Positions 42,653 to 51,362 of a DNA stretch of 64,000 nt are shown here, in pieces. The stretch lies in NCBI GenBank assembly GCA_965223825.1, contig OZ245018.1, positions 1,097,032 to 1,161,031 on the forward strand, written 5' to 3'. Origin of the DNA: Gammaproteobacteria bacterium. GTDB lineage: Bacteria; Pseudomonadota; Gammaproteobacteria; CAJXQU01. Within the stretch, counting starts at the first letter, position 1. Each line of letters starts with the position of its first letter. Below the pieces are notes generated by a model. The model was not told the origin of the DNA, searched no databases, and saw nothing but the letters and a program-made list of their open reading frames with translations. The position numbers and the translations under genes are program-made.

Positions 42653-44797
42653 ATGTTCGAGCGACTTTCTTTTCTGATATTAATAACAGGTGGGCTAGCC
42701 GGTTGCGGCGAAGTGCCGTGGAATAACCCCTATCCGCAAGATCAGGAAGCGGAGCTGATCTACTACGATCAATTTGCAGAACGCCCCAAGCATCTCGACC
42801 CCGTGCGCTCCTATAGCGCTAACGAGTATGTCTTTCTTGGTCAGATCTACGAAGCACCTTTGCAATATCATTTTCTTAAACGTCCCTACGAACTCACCCC
42901 ACTTACTGCAGAAAGCATTCCTGATGTCGTTTATCTTGATGAGCACAACAAGGTGTTAGCGGAAGATACTCCGGAAGATCAGATTGCTTTCAGTGTTTAC
43001 ACGATCAAAATCAAACAAGGTATTTTGTATCAACCGCACCCTGCACTGGCAAAGAATAGCGCTGGTGAGTTGCGATATCACGATCTGACCCCAGAAGAGG
43101 TTGAAGATTACAGTGAGCTCGGGGATTTTTCTGAAACGGGCACGCGTGAGTTAGTCGCGGAAGATTATATTTATCAGATTAAGCGCATGGCTGATCCGGT
43201 GACACACTCACCAGTGGCAAGTTTGATGGCGGAGCATATTGTAGGTTTACGCGCATTTAGCGAAACGCTTAAAAAGATGCGAGCAGAAAACGATGAACCA
43301 GATCTAAAAAGCCTTGCTATTTCCGGTGTGACGGCATTGGACGAGCACACCTATCAAATACGCCTCCATGGTAAATATCCGCAGTTCATCTATTGGCTTT
43401 CTATGTATTTTTTCTCCCCCATGCCGTGGGAAGCGATCGATTTTTACGCGCAGCCTGGGATGAACGATAAAAATATCTCTTTGGACTGGTTTCCGATCGG
43501 CACTGGCCCGTTCATGCTAACGGAAAATAATCCAAACAAACGCATGGTGTTAGCGCGCAATCCTAATTTCCACGGTGAAAATTACCCGACGGAAGGGGAA
43601 TTAACCGATGAGCACGGTGGTTTGCTCGCCGATGCAGGAAAGCCATTACCGTTTATAGATAAAGCCATTTATTCCTTAGAAAAAGAATCGATCCCATCGT
43701 GGAATAAATTCTTGCAAGGCTATTACGACAATTCTGGTGTTTCATCAGACAGTTTTGATCAAGCCGTGCAGATCGGCGCAGAAGGCAATGCACAGTTAAC
43801 GGATGAGATGAAAGAGAAAGGCATTAAGTTGATCACTGCTGTGACGACCTCAACCTATTACATGGGCTTTAATATGCTGGATGATGTGATCGGTGGTTAT
43901 TCCGATCGCGCTCGCAAGCTTCGACAGGCTATTTCCATCGCAGTGGATTACGAAGAATACATTTCTATCTTCGCGAATGATCGTGGTGTGCCAGCACAAG
44001 GGCCGATCCCTCCGGGAATATTCGGTGCGCTGGAAGGTCGAGCGGGAATGAATCCTGTTGTTTACGATTGGGATGACGTGACTGTTAAACGTAAGCCGAT
44101 CGAAGCTGCACGTGCTTTGATGGCCGAAGCCGGTTACCCCAACGGACGTGATGAAAGAACAGGGAAACAATTGATCCTCTATTTCGATAACACCGGATCT
44201 GGTCCGGGCAGTAAAGCCTTGCTGGATTGGATGGTAAAACAATTCAAAAAATTGGGTATTGAGTTGGTTATTCGCGCTACGGATTACAATCGTTTTCAAG
44301 AAAAAATGCTTACCGGCACCGCGCAAATTTTCCAATGGGGTTGGAATGCCGATTATCCTGATCCGGAGAATTTCTTCTTTTTACTTTATGGCCCAAATGG
44401 CAAAGTAGAGCATCGAGGTGAAAATGCATCGAACTACGAAAATGAAGAATTTGATGCATTATTTGATCGAATGAAAAACATGCCGAATGGATCTGCACGA
44501 CAAGCCGTGATCACTAAAATGGTTACTATTTTACGTAACGATTCACCGTGGTTATGGGGCTGGCACCCCGTCGCATATTCGCTGCATCATGATTGGTATC
44601 AAAATGCCAAACCGAATTTAATGGCGAATAACACACTTAAATATAAACGTATCGATCCGATATTGCGTCAAGGGAAACGGGCAATATGGAATCAGCCCGT
44701 CTTGTGGCCGATCAAGTGGTTGTTGTGTTTGTTGGTTTTAGTATTGATACCAGCCGTCTGGATCTGGTGGCGACGTGAGAGGGCAACCGGATTATGA
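42653..44797 (+). CDS. ABC transporter substrate-binding protein, family 5 (YejA/OppA-like), lipoprotein with an additional C-terminal hydrophobic anchor
   Basis: There is a lipobox (LAGC) at residues 15-18. The 714 aa product has family-5 solute-binding-protein character (length, Trp/Tyr-rich, YFxxP region). The C-terminus is WLLCLLVLVLIPAVWIWWRRER. It is the first gene of a six-gene overlapping operon. Confidence 0.75.
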   Translation: MFERLSFLILITGGLAGCGEVPWNNPYPQDQEAELIYYDQFAERPKHLDPVRSYSANEYVFLGQIYEAPLQYHFLKRPYELTPLTAESIPDVVYLDEHNKVLAEDTPEDQIAFSVYTIKIKQGILYQPHPALAKNSAGELRYHDLTPEEVEDYSELGDFSETGTRELVAEDYIYQIKRMADPVTHSPVASLMAEHIVGLRAFSETLKKMRAENDEPDLKSLAISGVTALDEHTYQIRLHGKYPQFIYWLSMYFFSPMPWEAIDFYAQPGMNDKNISLDWFPIGTGPFMLTENNPNKRMVLARNPNFHGENYPTEGELTDEHGGLLADAGKPLPFIDKAIYSLEKESIPSWNKFLQGYYDNSGVSSDSFDQAVQIGAEGNAQLTDEMKEKGIKLITAVTTSTYYMGFNMLDDVIGGYSDRARKLRQAISIAVDYEEYISIFANDRGVPAQGPIPPGIFGALEGRAGMNPVVYDWDDVTVKRKPIEAARALMAEAGYPNGRDERTGKQLILYFDNTGSGPGSKALLDWMVKQFKKLGIELVIRATDYNRFQEKMLTGTAQIFQWGWNADYPDPENFFFLLYGPNGKVEHRGENASNYENEEFDALFDRMKNMPNGSARQAVITKMVTILRNDSPWLWGWHPVAYSLHHDWYQNAKPNLMANNTLKYKRIDPILRQGKRAIWNQPVLWPIKWLLCLLVLVLIPAVWIWWRRERATGL

Positions 44798-45771
44798 TGA
44801 ATTATATTTTTCGTCGTATTTTGTATGCGATTCCAATTCTGATCGGCGTGAATGTTCTGACGTTTATATTATTTTTTGTGGTGAATAGTCCTGATGATAT
44901 GGCGCGCATGCAGTTGGGTGACAAACGTATTTCTGAGGACGCCGTTTCAACGTGGAAAGCGGAGCGTGGTTACGACAAACCTTTGTTGTGGAATGCGGCA
45001 TCTAGTGGGACAGAAAAAGTAACAGATACGATTTTCGTGGATAAATCGGTCAAACTTTTTCTATTTGATTTTGGTCAATCAGACAGCGGTCGCGACATTA
45101 GTAATGATATAAAACAACGCATGTGGCCATCGCTTGCCTTAGCCATTCCGGCGTTGATAGTGGGGTTATTAGTGAATATCACGTTTGCCTTACTGATTGC
45201 CTTTTTTCGTGGAACGTATCTTGATCTGACCGGGGTCATATTTTGCGTCGTACTGATGTCGGTCTCGGGTTTGTTTTACATTATTGGCGGACAATATTTA
45301 ATTGGGAAACTATTGAATCTTGTGCCGATCTCGGGCTACGACGGTGGTCTAAATGCGATCAAATTTTTAATTCTTCCGGTACTGGTCGGCCTAGTCGGAG
45401 GAATTGGATCAGGCACCCGTTGGTATAGGACAATTTTTCTGGAAGAGATCGGAAAAGATTATGTGCGGACGGCGCGCGCGAAAGGCTTATCTGAGCGTTT
45501 AGTCATGTTTCGTCATGTACTTAAAAATGCCATGATTCCGATTCTCACCGGTGTTGTTGTCGTTTTACCCACTCTTTTTATGGGCAGCCTGATCACGGAA
45601 TCGTTTTTCGGTATTCCAGGGCTTGGCAGTTACACATTGGATGCGATCAATAATCAAGATTTTGCGATTGTTCGCTCCATGGTTTTTCTCGGTTCGGTGT
45701 TGTATATCATTGGATTATTGCTCACCGATATTTCCTATACCTTGGTTGATCCACGCGTGAGGTTGCAATAA
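44794..45771 (+). CDS. ABC transporter permease (YejB/DppB-like)
   Basis: It is 325 aa. The N-terminus (IFRRILYAIPILIGVNVLTFILFF) is typical of DppB/OppB, and the EAA-like region reads ARAKGLSERLVMFRHVLKNAMIPILT. Confidence 0.8.
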   Translation: MMNYIFRRILYAIPILIGVNVLTFILFFVVNSPDDMARMQLGDKRISEDAVSTWKAERGYDKPLLWNAASSGTEKVTDTIFVDKSVKLFLFDFGQSDSGRDISNDIKQRMWPSLALAIPALIVGLLVNITFALLIAFFRGTYLDLTGVIFCVVLMSVSGLFYIIGGQYLIGKLLNLVPISGYDGGLNAIKFLILPVLVGLVGGIGSGTRWYRTIFLEEIGKDYVRTARAKGLSERLVMFRHVLKNAMIPILTGVVVVLPTLFMGSLITESFFGIPGLGSYTLDAINNQDFAIVRSMVFLGSVLYIIGLLLTDISYTLVDPRVRLQ

Positions 45772-47186
45772 TGCCCACGTTACTTTGGACTGATTCGCTC
45801 GTTTTTATTTTAGTTTTTATGCTGACCATGTTCATCTTGCATGTACGTCGGCATGAACATTTACGCCGCCCTTGGCGTAAAGTTTTACATAGCAAAGTTG
45901 CGATGGGCTCAGCGGTCGTGCTTTGCATTTATCTGGTAATCGGTTTGCTCGATTCGTTCCATTATCATCCGCGTGTCGAATCGCCAGATGGTAGTCCGCA
46001 AACGGATGTTATTCACTCAACGCAAATCAAAAGCGTACTCGATTATCTCGTTGGTCACTTAAACGAACTGGACGAAAAAACTTACTCAGCACCGTTTGCG
46101 GCGTATCAATACAGCAAAGAAACTGTTGAGCTTCCGGGGGGGCAGATCATTCGCAGCTACCCGCGCTTGCTTCATGGTGGCTCGCATCTCGGTGATCCGC
46201 GGATTGAAAAAATTCCTGACATTATCATGCGAATCGTGATCGCGTCATTGAAAGCGACCGTAGTGATCTTGTTGGTTATTTTCCTGTTGAATTTAAAACT
46301 ATCACGCGCGCAGAAACAATCTCCACGTGATAGTTTTTTTGCCTTTATTAAAGGACAAAATAACGTTCCATGGCGGACGATAATAGTCACTTTTTCGATT
46401 TGTTTATGGCTGGTTTTTATCGCTTGGGATTTGAGTTATGTCTATCATATTTTTGGAACTGATAAAGTCGGCCAAGATGTCTTTTATCAAGCGTTAAAAA
46501 GTATCCGAACAGGTTTAGTAATAGGCACCTTAACCACGCTCATCATGTTACCCTTTGCGGTTTTTCTTGGTATTGCTGCCGGTTATTTCCGTGGCTGGGT
46601 AGATGATGTTATTCAATATATTTACACCACATTAAATTCTATTCCCGGTGTGCTTCTGATAGCGGCATCTATTTTGATGTTGCAAGTTTATATGGCGAAC
46701 AATGCCGATGCTTTTACCTCAATCGCTGCGCGGTCAGATACACGATTATTATTTCTTTGCTTAATTCTTGGTGTGACCAGTTGGACGGGCTTATGCCGGA
46801 TGTTACGTGGCGAGACAATGAAGCTACGAGAAGTGGATTTTATTCAAGCATCGCAAGCGTTTGGTGTTGGTCATTTTACGATCATCGTGCGACACATCTT
46901 ACCGAATGTGATGCATCTGGTTTTAATTTCCGTTGTGTTGGACTTTAGTGGACTTGTACTGGCAGAAGCGGTGTTGTCGTATATCAATATTGGTGTTGAT
47001 CCGAGCATGAACAGTTGGGGCAATATGATCAATGCCGCGCGTCTTGAAATGGCGCGTGATCCGATTGTTTGGTGGTCATTAGCGGCGGCATTTTTGTTTA
47101 TGTTTGTATTAGTGCTCGCGGCAAATTTATTTTCTGATCAAGTGCGTGATGCATTTGATCCTCGGCTGCATGAGCGAAACGATTAA
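45771..47186 (+). CDS. ABC transporter permease (YejE/DppC-like) with a long N-terminal periplasmic extension
   Basis: It is 471 aa. The C-terminal DppC-like core (FTIIVRHILPNVMHLVLISVVLDFSGLVLAEAVLSYI) follows a region of about 190 aa with TM1 and a loop. Confidence 0.8.
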   Translation: MPTLLWTDSLVFILVFMLTMFILHVRRHEHLRRPWRKVLHSKVAMGSAVVLCIYLVIGLLDSFHYHPRVESPDGSPQTDVIHSTQIKSVLDYLVGHLNELDEKTYSAPFAAYQYSKETVELPGGQIIRSYPRLLHGGSHLGDPRIEKIPDIIMRIVIASLKATVVILLVIFLLNLKLSRAQKQSPRDSFFAFIKGQNNVPWRTIIVTFSICLWLVFIAWDLSYVYHIFGTDKVGQDVFYQALKSIRTGLVIGTLTTLIMLPFAVFLGIAAGYFRGWVDDVIQYIYTTLNSIPGVLLIAASILMLQVYMANNADAFTSIAARSDTRLLFLCLILGVTSWTGLCRMLRGETMKLREVDFIQASQAFGVGHFTIIVRHILPNVMHLVLISVVLDFSGLVLAEAVLSYINIGVDPSMNSWGNMINAARLEMARDPIVWWSLAAAFLFMFVLVLAANLFSDQVRDAFDPRLHERND

Positions 47187-47599
47187 TGAAAGCCGCGAGC
47201 TTGCCCGCTAACAAAATACCCACCATGCGAGTGGTGCCGATGCCGCGCGATACTAATCAGGGTGGGAGTATTTTCGGCGGTTATATTTTTTCGCAAATCG
47301 ATATTGCTGCAAGCATCCCTGCTATACGCCGCGCAAAAGGGCGCGTGGCAACGGTGGCGGTGAACTCGATTGAATTACATGAACCGGTTTTTGTTGGTGA
47401 CGTGTTGAGTTTGTACGCGGATGTGGTGAAAGTCGGTAGAACATCCATCACCGTCGATGTCGAAGTTTTTGCAGAACGTAATGCCGCCGATCCGGAAGTG
47501 ATTAAAGTCACGCAGGCAACATTAACATTCGTCGCGTTGGATGAAAATCGTCAACCACGACGCGTGCCCGCCGCAGAACCGACCGAAGGAGATGAATGA
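47186..47599 (+). CDS. acyl-CoA thioesterase, hotdog fold (YciA-like)
   Basis: It is 137 aa and contains DTNQGGSIFGGYIFSQIDIAA, typical of YciA/4HBT thioesterases. Its start overlaps the permease stop and its stop overlaps the ATPase start. Confidence 0.75.
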   Translation: MKAASLPANKIPTMRVVPMPRDTNQGGSIFGGYIFSQIDIAASIPAIRRAKGRVATVAVNSIELHEPVFVGDVLSLYADVVKVGRTSITVDVEVFAERNAADPEVIKVTQATLTFVALDENRQPRRVPAAEPTEGDE

Positions 47600-49230
47600 T
47601 GAGCATAGCTGATCAGGACACGATTTTATCGATTGACAATTTACGTATTGAATTCGCAAGCGAAGCGGTTGTTGATGGTGTGAGTTTGCAGATAAAGCGT
47701 GGTGAAACATATGTTCTACTTGGCGAGTCAGGCAGTGGTAAATCCATCACGTCGATGTCTGTTATGCGACTTTTACCGAATGCGGCAAAGATCACATCGG
47801 GGCAGGTGTTACTTGAAGGCGAAGATTTGCTGCGCATTTCGGAAGCCGCCATGCGTAAAGTGCGCGGTGGAAAAGTCGGCATGATTTTCCAAGAACCACA
47901 AACATCATTGAACCCGGTCATGAGTATTGGTGATCAGATCGCAGAATCCGTGCGCTGGCATAAAAAACTCAAGGGGCAGGCTTTACGCGGTCGTGTCATT
48001 GAATTACTTCATGCCGTTGGAATTGTGGATGCTGAGCGTCGTTATGATGAATTCCCACATCAATTTTCGGGAGGGATGAAGCAACGTGTCATGATCGCGA
48101 TCGCACTGGCTGGCGAGCCTGAATTGCTGATCGCGGATGAACCGACAACGGCTCTGGATGTAACGATTCAAGCGCAAGTGTTGGACCTGCTGAATGATTT
48201 GAAATCGCGCTTGAATATGGCGATTTTATTTATCACTCACGATTTGGGTGTTGCTGCAAAAATGGCTGACCAGATCGGTGTCATGTATGCCGGTAAATTA
48301 GTAGAACAAGGCCCGGCAAAAGCTTTTTTCAACGCGCCTCAACATGCTTATTCCCAACGATTATTTGATGCGTTACCGAGCCGTATAAAACGCAATCACG
48401 ATGATAGGTTTAATTCACTTTCAGAAGATGAGGATGTCATTTTACAGGTCACGGACATGGATGTGCATTTCCCCATCAAGAAAGGGTTTTTTAAACGCAC
48501 GGTCGGACATGTTCGAGCCGTGAATAATGTGTCGATGACGTTAAAAAAAGGCCGCACCATCGCGATGGTGGGTGAGTCTGGTAGTGGCAAGACGACATTT
48601 GGAAAAGGCATTTTACAGTTAGTAAAACCGACAAATGGGGAAGTGATTTTTGACGGTGTTGATCTCACCAATTTGTCGGCAAAAGCGATGCGTGCGCGGC
48701 GATCAGATATTCAGATTGTCTTTCAAGATCCTTATTCTTCGATGAACCCACGCATGATAGTCGGCGATATTATCGAGGAGGGAATGGTGGCGCAGGGAAT
48801 CGGTGGCGATAAACGTTCACGGATTGAGCGAGTTGAAGATTTACTGGCGCAGGTTGGTTTGGATGCGGAACATCGCTTGCGTTATCCCCATGAATTTTCC
48901 GGTGGTCAACGCCAACGTATTTGTATCGCACGCGCTTTGGCGGTTGAACCGCGTTTAATTATTTGTGATGAACCCACGAGTGCCTTGGATGTGTCTGTAC
49001 AATCGCAAATTTTGCAGCTGCTTAAGCAATTACAAGCTGATATGGGGCTGACATATTTATTTATTACACATAACCTTGGTGTGGTGGAGTATATCGCGCA
49101 CGAAGTTGCCGTGATGTATCACGGCGATATCGTGGAATATGGCGATGTGGACCAAGTTATGCATCATCCTCAGCATGAATACACGAAAAAACTTCTTTCC
49201 GCAGTACCGCTGCTTGATACGGGATCATGA
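47596..49230 (+). CDS. fused double ABC ATPase (YejF/DppDF-fused type)
   Basis: The 544 aa product has two Walker A motifs (GESGSGKS, GESGSGKT), two signature motifs (FSGGMKQR, FSGGQRQR) and two Walker B/D-loops (LLIADEPTTALD, LIICDEPTSALD). Confidence 0.85.
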   Translation: MMSIADQDTILSIDNLRIEFASEAVVDGVSLQIKRGETYVLLGESGSGKSITSMSVMRLLPNAAKITSGQVLLEGEDLLRISEAAMRKVRGGKVGMIFQEPQTSLNPVMSIGDQIAESVRWHKKLKGQALRGRVIELLHAVGIVDAERRYDEFPHQFSGGMKQRVMIAIALAGEPELLIADEPTTALDVTIQAQVLDLLNDLKSRLNMAILFITHDLGVAAKMADQIGVMYAGKLVEQGPAKAFFNAPQHAYSQRLFDALPSRIKRNHDDRFNSLSEDEDVILQVTDMDVHFPIKKGFFKRTVGHVRAVNNVSMTLKKGRTIAMVGESGSGKTTFGKGILQLVKPTNGEVIFDGVDLTNLSAKAMRARRSDIQIVFQDPYSSMNPRMIVGDIIEEGMVAQGIGGDKRSRIERVEDLLAQVGLDAEHRLRYPHEFSGGQRQRICIARALAVEPRLIICDEPTSALDVSVQSQILQLLKQLQADMGLTYLFITHNLGVVEYIAHEVAVMYHGDIVEYGDVDQVMHHPQHEYTKKLLSAVPLLDTGS

Positions 49231-49754
49231 ATGATCAAAAGCTGATTTTTGCCGCGTTGGCTTTCGCTGCGTTAAAGCATCGCGATCAACGACGTAAAGG
49301 AATTGAAGCTTCGCCATACATAAACCACCCGATTGATCTGGCGAATGTTTTGGTGAATGAAGCTGATGTTGCTGATCCTATCGTGATCGCGGCGGCGATA
49401 TTGCATGACACAGTAGAAGATACCGATACGACCTTTTCTGAACTTAAACACCATTTTGGAGAAGTGGTGATGCGCGTCGTTGCAGAAGTGACGGATGATC
49501 AATCGTTACGCAAGGCTGAACGTAAGCGCCTGCAAATTGAACATGCTGCAACAGCGAGTCATGAAGCGCGCTTAGTGAAGTTAGCCGATAAAATCTGTAA
49601 TTTACGCGATATGCAGGTTTCACCACCGACCAATTGGGATATTGATCGTCAGCGAGAATATTTTGAGTGGGCAAAAGCGGTGATTGATCAGCTTCGTGGA
49701 ACGCACACACATCTTGAGGATCTTTTCGATCAGGTCTATGCGCTAAAACCGTAA
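49227..49754 (+). CDS. small alarmone hydrolase (stand-alone RelA/SpoT-type HD-domain protein, Mesh1/SAH-like)
   Basis: It is 175 aa. It matches the RelA/SpoT hydrolase consensus at AALKHRDQRRKG...PYINHPIDLA, AAAILHDTVEDTDTTFSEL and LVKLADKICNLRDM. Its start overlaps the ATPase stop (ATGA). Confidence 0.75.
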   Translation: MNDQKLIFAALAFAALKHRDQRRKGIEASPYINHPIDLANVLVNEADVADPIVIAAAILHDTVEDTDTTFSELKHHFGEVVMRVVAEVTDDQSLRKAERKRLQIEHAATASHEARLVKLADKICNLRDMQVSPPTNWDIDRQREYFEWAKAVIDQLRGTHTHLEDLFDQVYALKP

Positions 49755-49837
49755 CCTTTTCTTTCTTAACTCGTTTTAAACTCAGTAAGCAAACTGTTTA
49801 AATGATAGGAACGTGTTTGGAAATTGGCTTTAAAAGC

Positions 49838-50722
49838 TTAACGATTTACCTTGCGAAAGCGAAACAGCGCGATCATTGCGCTGCCCATTAACCAAATGGC
49901 GGGCGGTACTGGTACGGCGCTGACATCGCTATTGATATCCCAGCCGATGTCATCGAGGGCGGCGATATCTAAGTCCGTAAACTCTTTACGGATGCCGGCT
50001 GCGATATTCGGATCCATCGCCGTTTCAAAACTACCGACACCATTGATGGTGCTCGTGGTATTAAAAGCCCAATGGTCATTACTCACCGTTGCGATAGGGC
50101 CGCCATGGACTGCAACAGATTTTTCACCGATAAATTCACCGCTTGCATTGATCAAGTGATCCCAAGACGGCGCCGTGCTGATGCCAAGAACATGTCCGAT
50201 CTCGTGTAAAGCAACGGAGTAGAAATCGTAACCGGTGAAGACTTCATCCACAGCCAAGTCCGTATCGAAATACCAGTCTGACCGGTTAGCCGCAAAACTC
50301 ATGACACCATATAAAGGTGCAAAATCAGTGGCTGTTGCAGAGGAGCCTGTATGACCAATTTCACCTCGGGAATCATTGCTGTTAGACCAAGATGGACCCG
50401 CTTGGCCGAGGGTACCTCCGCTGAGGTTAACGCCTCCCACAAAAACAGTAAGCGTGTCTGCAGCTGATACAACGGTTTTACTGGTTGTAACAGCGCTGGA
50501 TGGAAGACTTATATTGCTTGTAAAGAGGACGGAGTTTAAATCGTCAGTGATTAAGTTCGAGAAGTATGCGCCGGCTGTTTCAAGTAAAGATTTAGCCGTG
50601 TTATTAGCAAAAAAGTTTTCTTCGTCAAGGGTGTAATCAAATTCGATATTAATTGCGTACGATGGAGAAGCAACACTTGTTGCGATCAGGCCAGAGAGTA
50701 ATGCTGCTTTGTGAAGTTTCAT
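49838..50722 (-). CDS. secreted HExxH zinc metallopeptidase-like protein with PEP-CTERM-like sorting tail
   Basis: It has a signal peptide (MKLHKAALLSGLIATSVASPSYA) and a VALHEIGHVLGI motif. The C-terminus is SAVPVPPAIWLMGSAMIALFRFRKVNR, i.e. VPxP, a hydrophobic helix, then a basic tail. Confidence 0.55.
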   Translation of the reverse strand: MKLHKAALLSGLIATSVASPSYAINIEFDYTLDEENFFANNTAKSLLETAGAYFSNLITDDLNSVLFTSNISLPSSAVTTSKTVVSAADTLTVFVGGVNLSGGTLGQAGPSWSNSNDSRGEIGHTGSSATATDFAPLYGVMSFAANRSDWYFDTDLAVDEVFTGYDFYSVALHEIGHVLGISTAPSWDHLINASGEFIGEKSVAVHGGPIATVSNDHWAFNTTSTINGVGSFETAMDPNIAAGIRKEFTDLDIAALDDIGWDINSDVSAVPVPPAIWLMGSAMIALFRFRKVNR

Positions 50723-50947
50723 TCAACAATTCCATTTTGTTCTATCGAGGTAATTCCGTGCTTGATTGCAAGATTTAATCCATCGGCTGGGTGTTATGTA
50801 ATCAATAAGTTAGCTTATGACACGGTGTTTCTATGTCGTCGCCGGGTGACATAGAGTGAGATTTCTACGCGGAATTAATCAGATCTGCCATAATGAACAG
50901 CAGAATAACAATCAGACATTTCTTAACCTGAGAGCGAGTTTGGCATT

Positions 50948-51328
50948 ATGAATCTTGAAAAAGTGATTTTCGGTTTCTTTATTGTTCTGGCATTAACCCT
51001 TAATTTTGGTTTTTTCCTTGGCCAGATTGATCAAGCTAGCCACCATCCTGTGTATGAGTTATTTGCTGTGATTGTCGTTAATCTGATCGCGACCGTACTG
51101 AAATTTGGTGATCGAACACAAATTGGCGCCGTGCTACTTTCAACCAGCCTCGTTGCCGATTTACAGCTGATCGCAGCTGCGATGGTCTGGGCATTTGCAA
51201 CGCAAATAAGCGGGACAGGGATTACGCCGGATATCACGGCGAGTATAGTTTCGTTGGCTGGTGGCGCGCTTCTAGCCAATATTATTTCTGTGATCTTGCT
51301 CGTGTTGGAAACGGTGATGCACCGCTAA
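50948..51328 (+). CDS. small integral membrane protein (hypothetical, about 4 TM)
   Basis: It is 126 aa and hydrophobic. It lies immediately upstream of the K+ channel gene on the same strand with a 35 nt gap. Confidence 0.4.
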   Translation: MNLEKVIFGFFIVLALTLNFGFFLGQIDQASHHPVYELFAVIVVNLIATVLKFGDRTQIGAVLLSTSLVADLQLIAAAMVWAFATQISGTGITPDITASIVSLAGGALLANIISVILLVLETVMHR

Positions 51329-51362
51329 CGTTCTCTTATTCAACTTTAGTCGAAGTTTCAAA

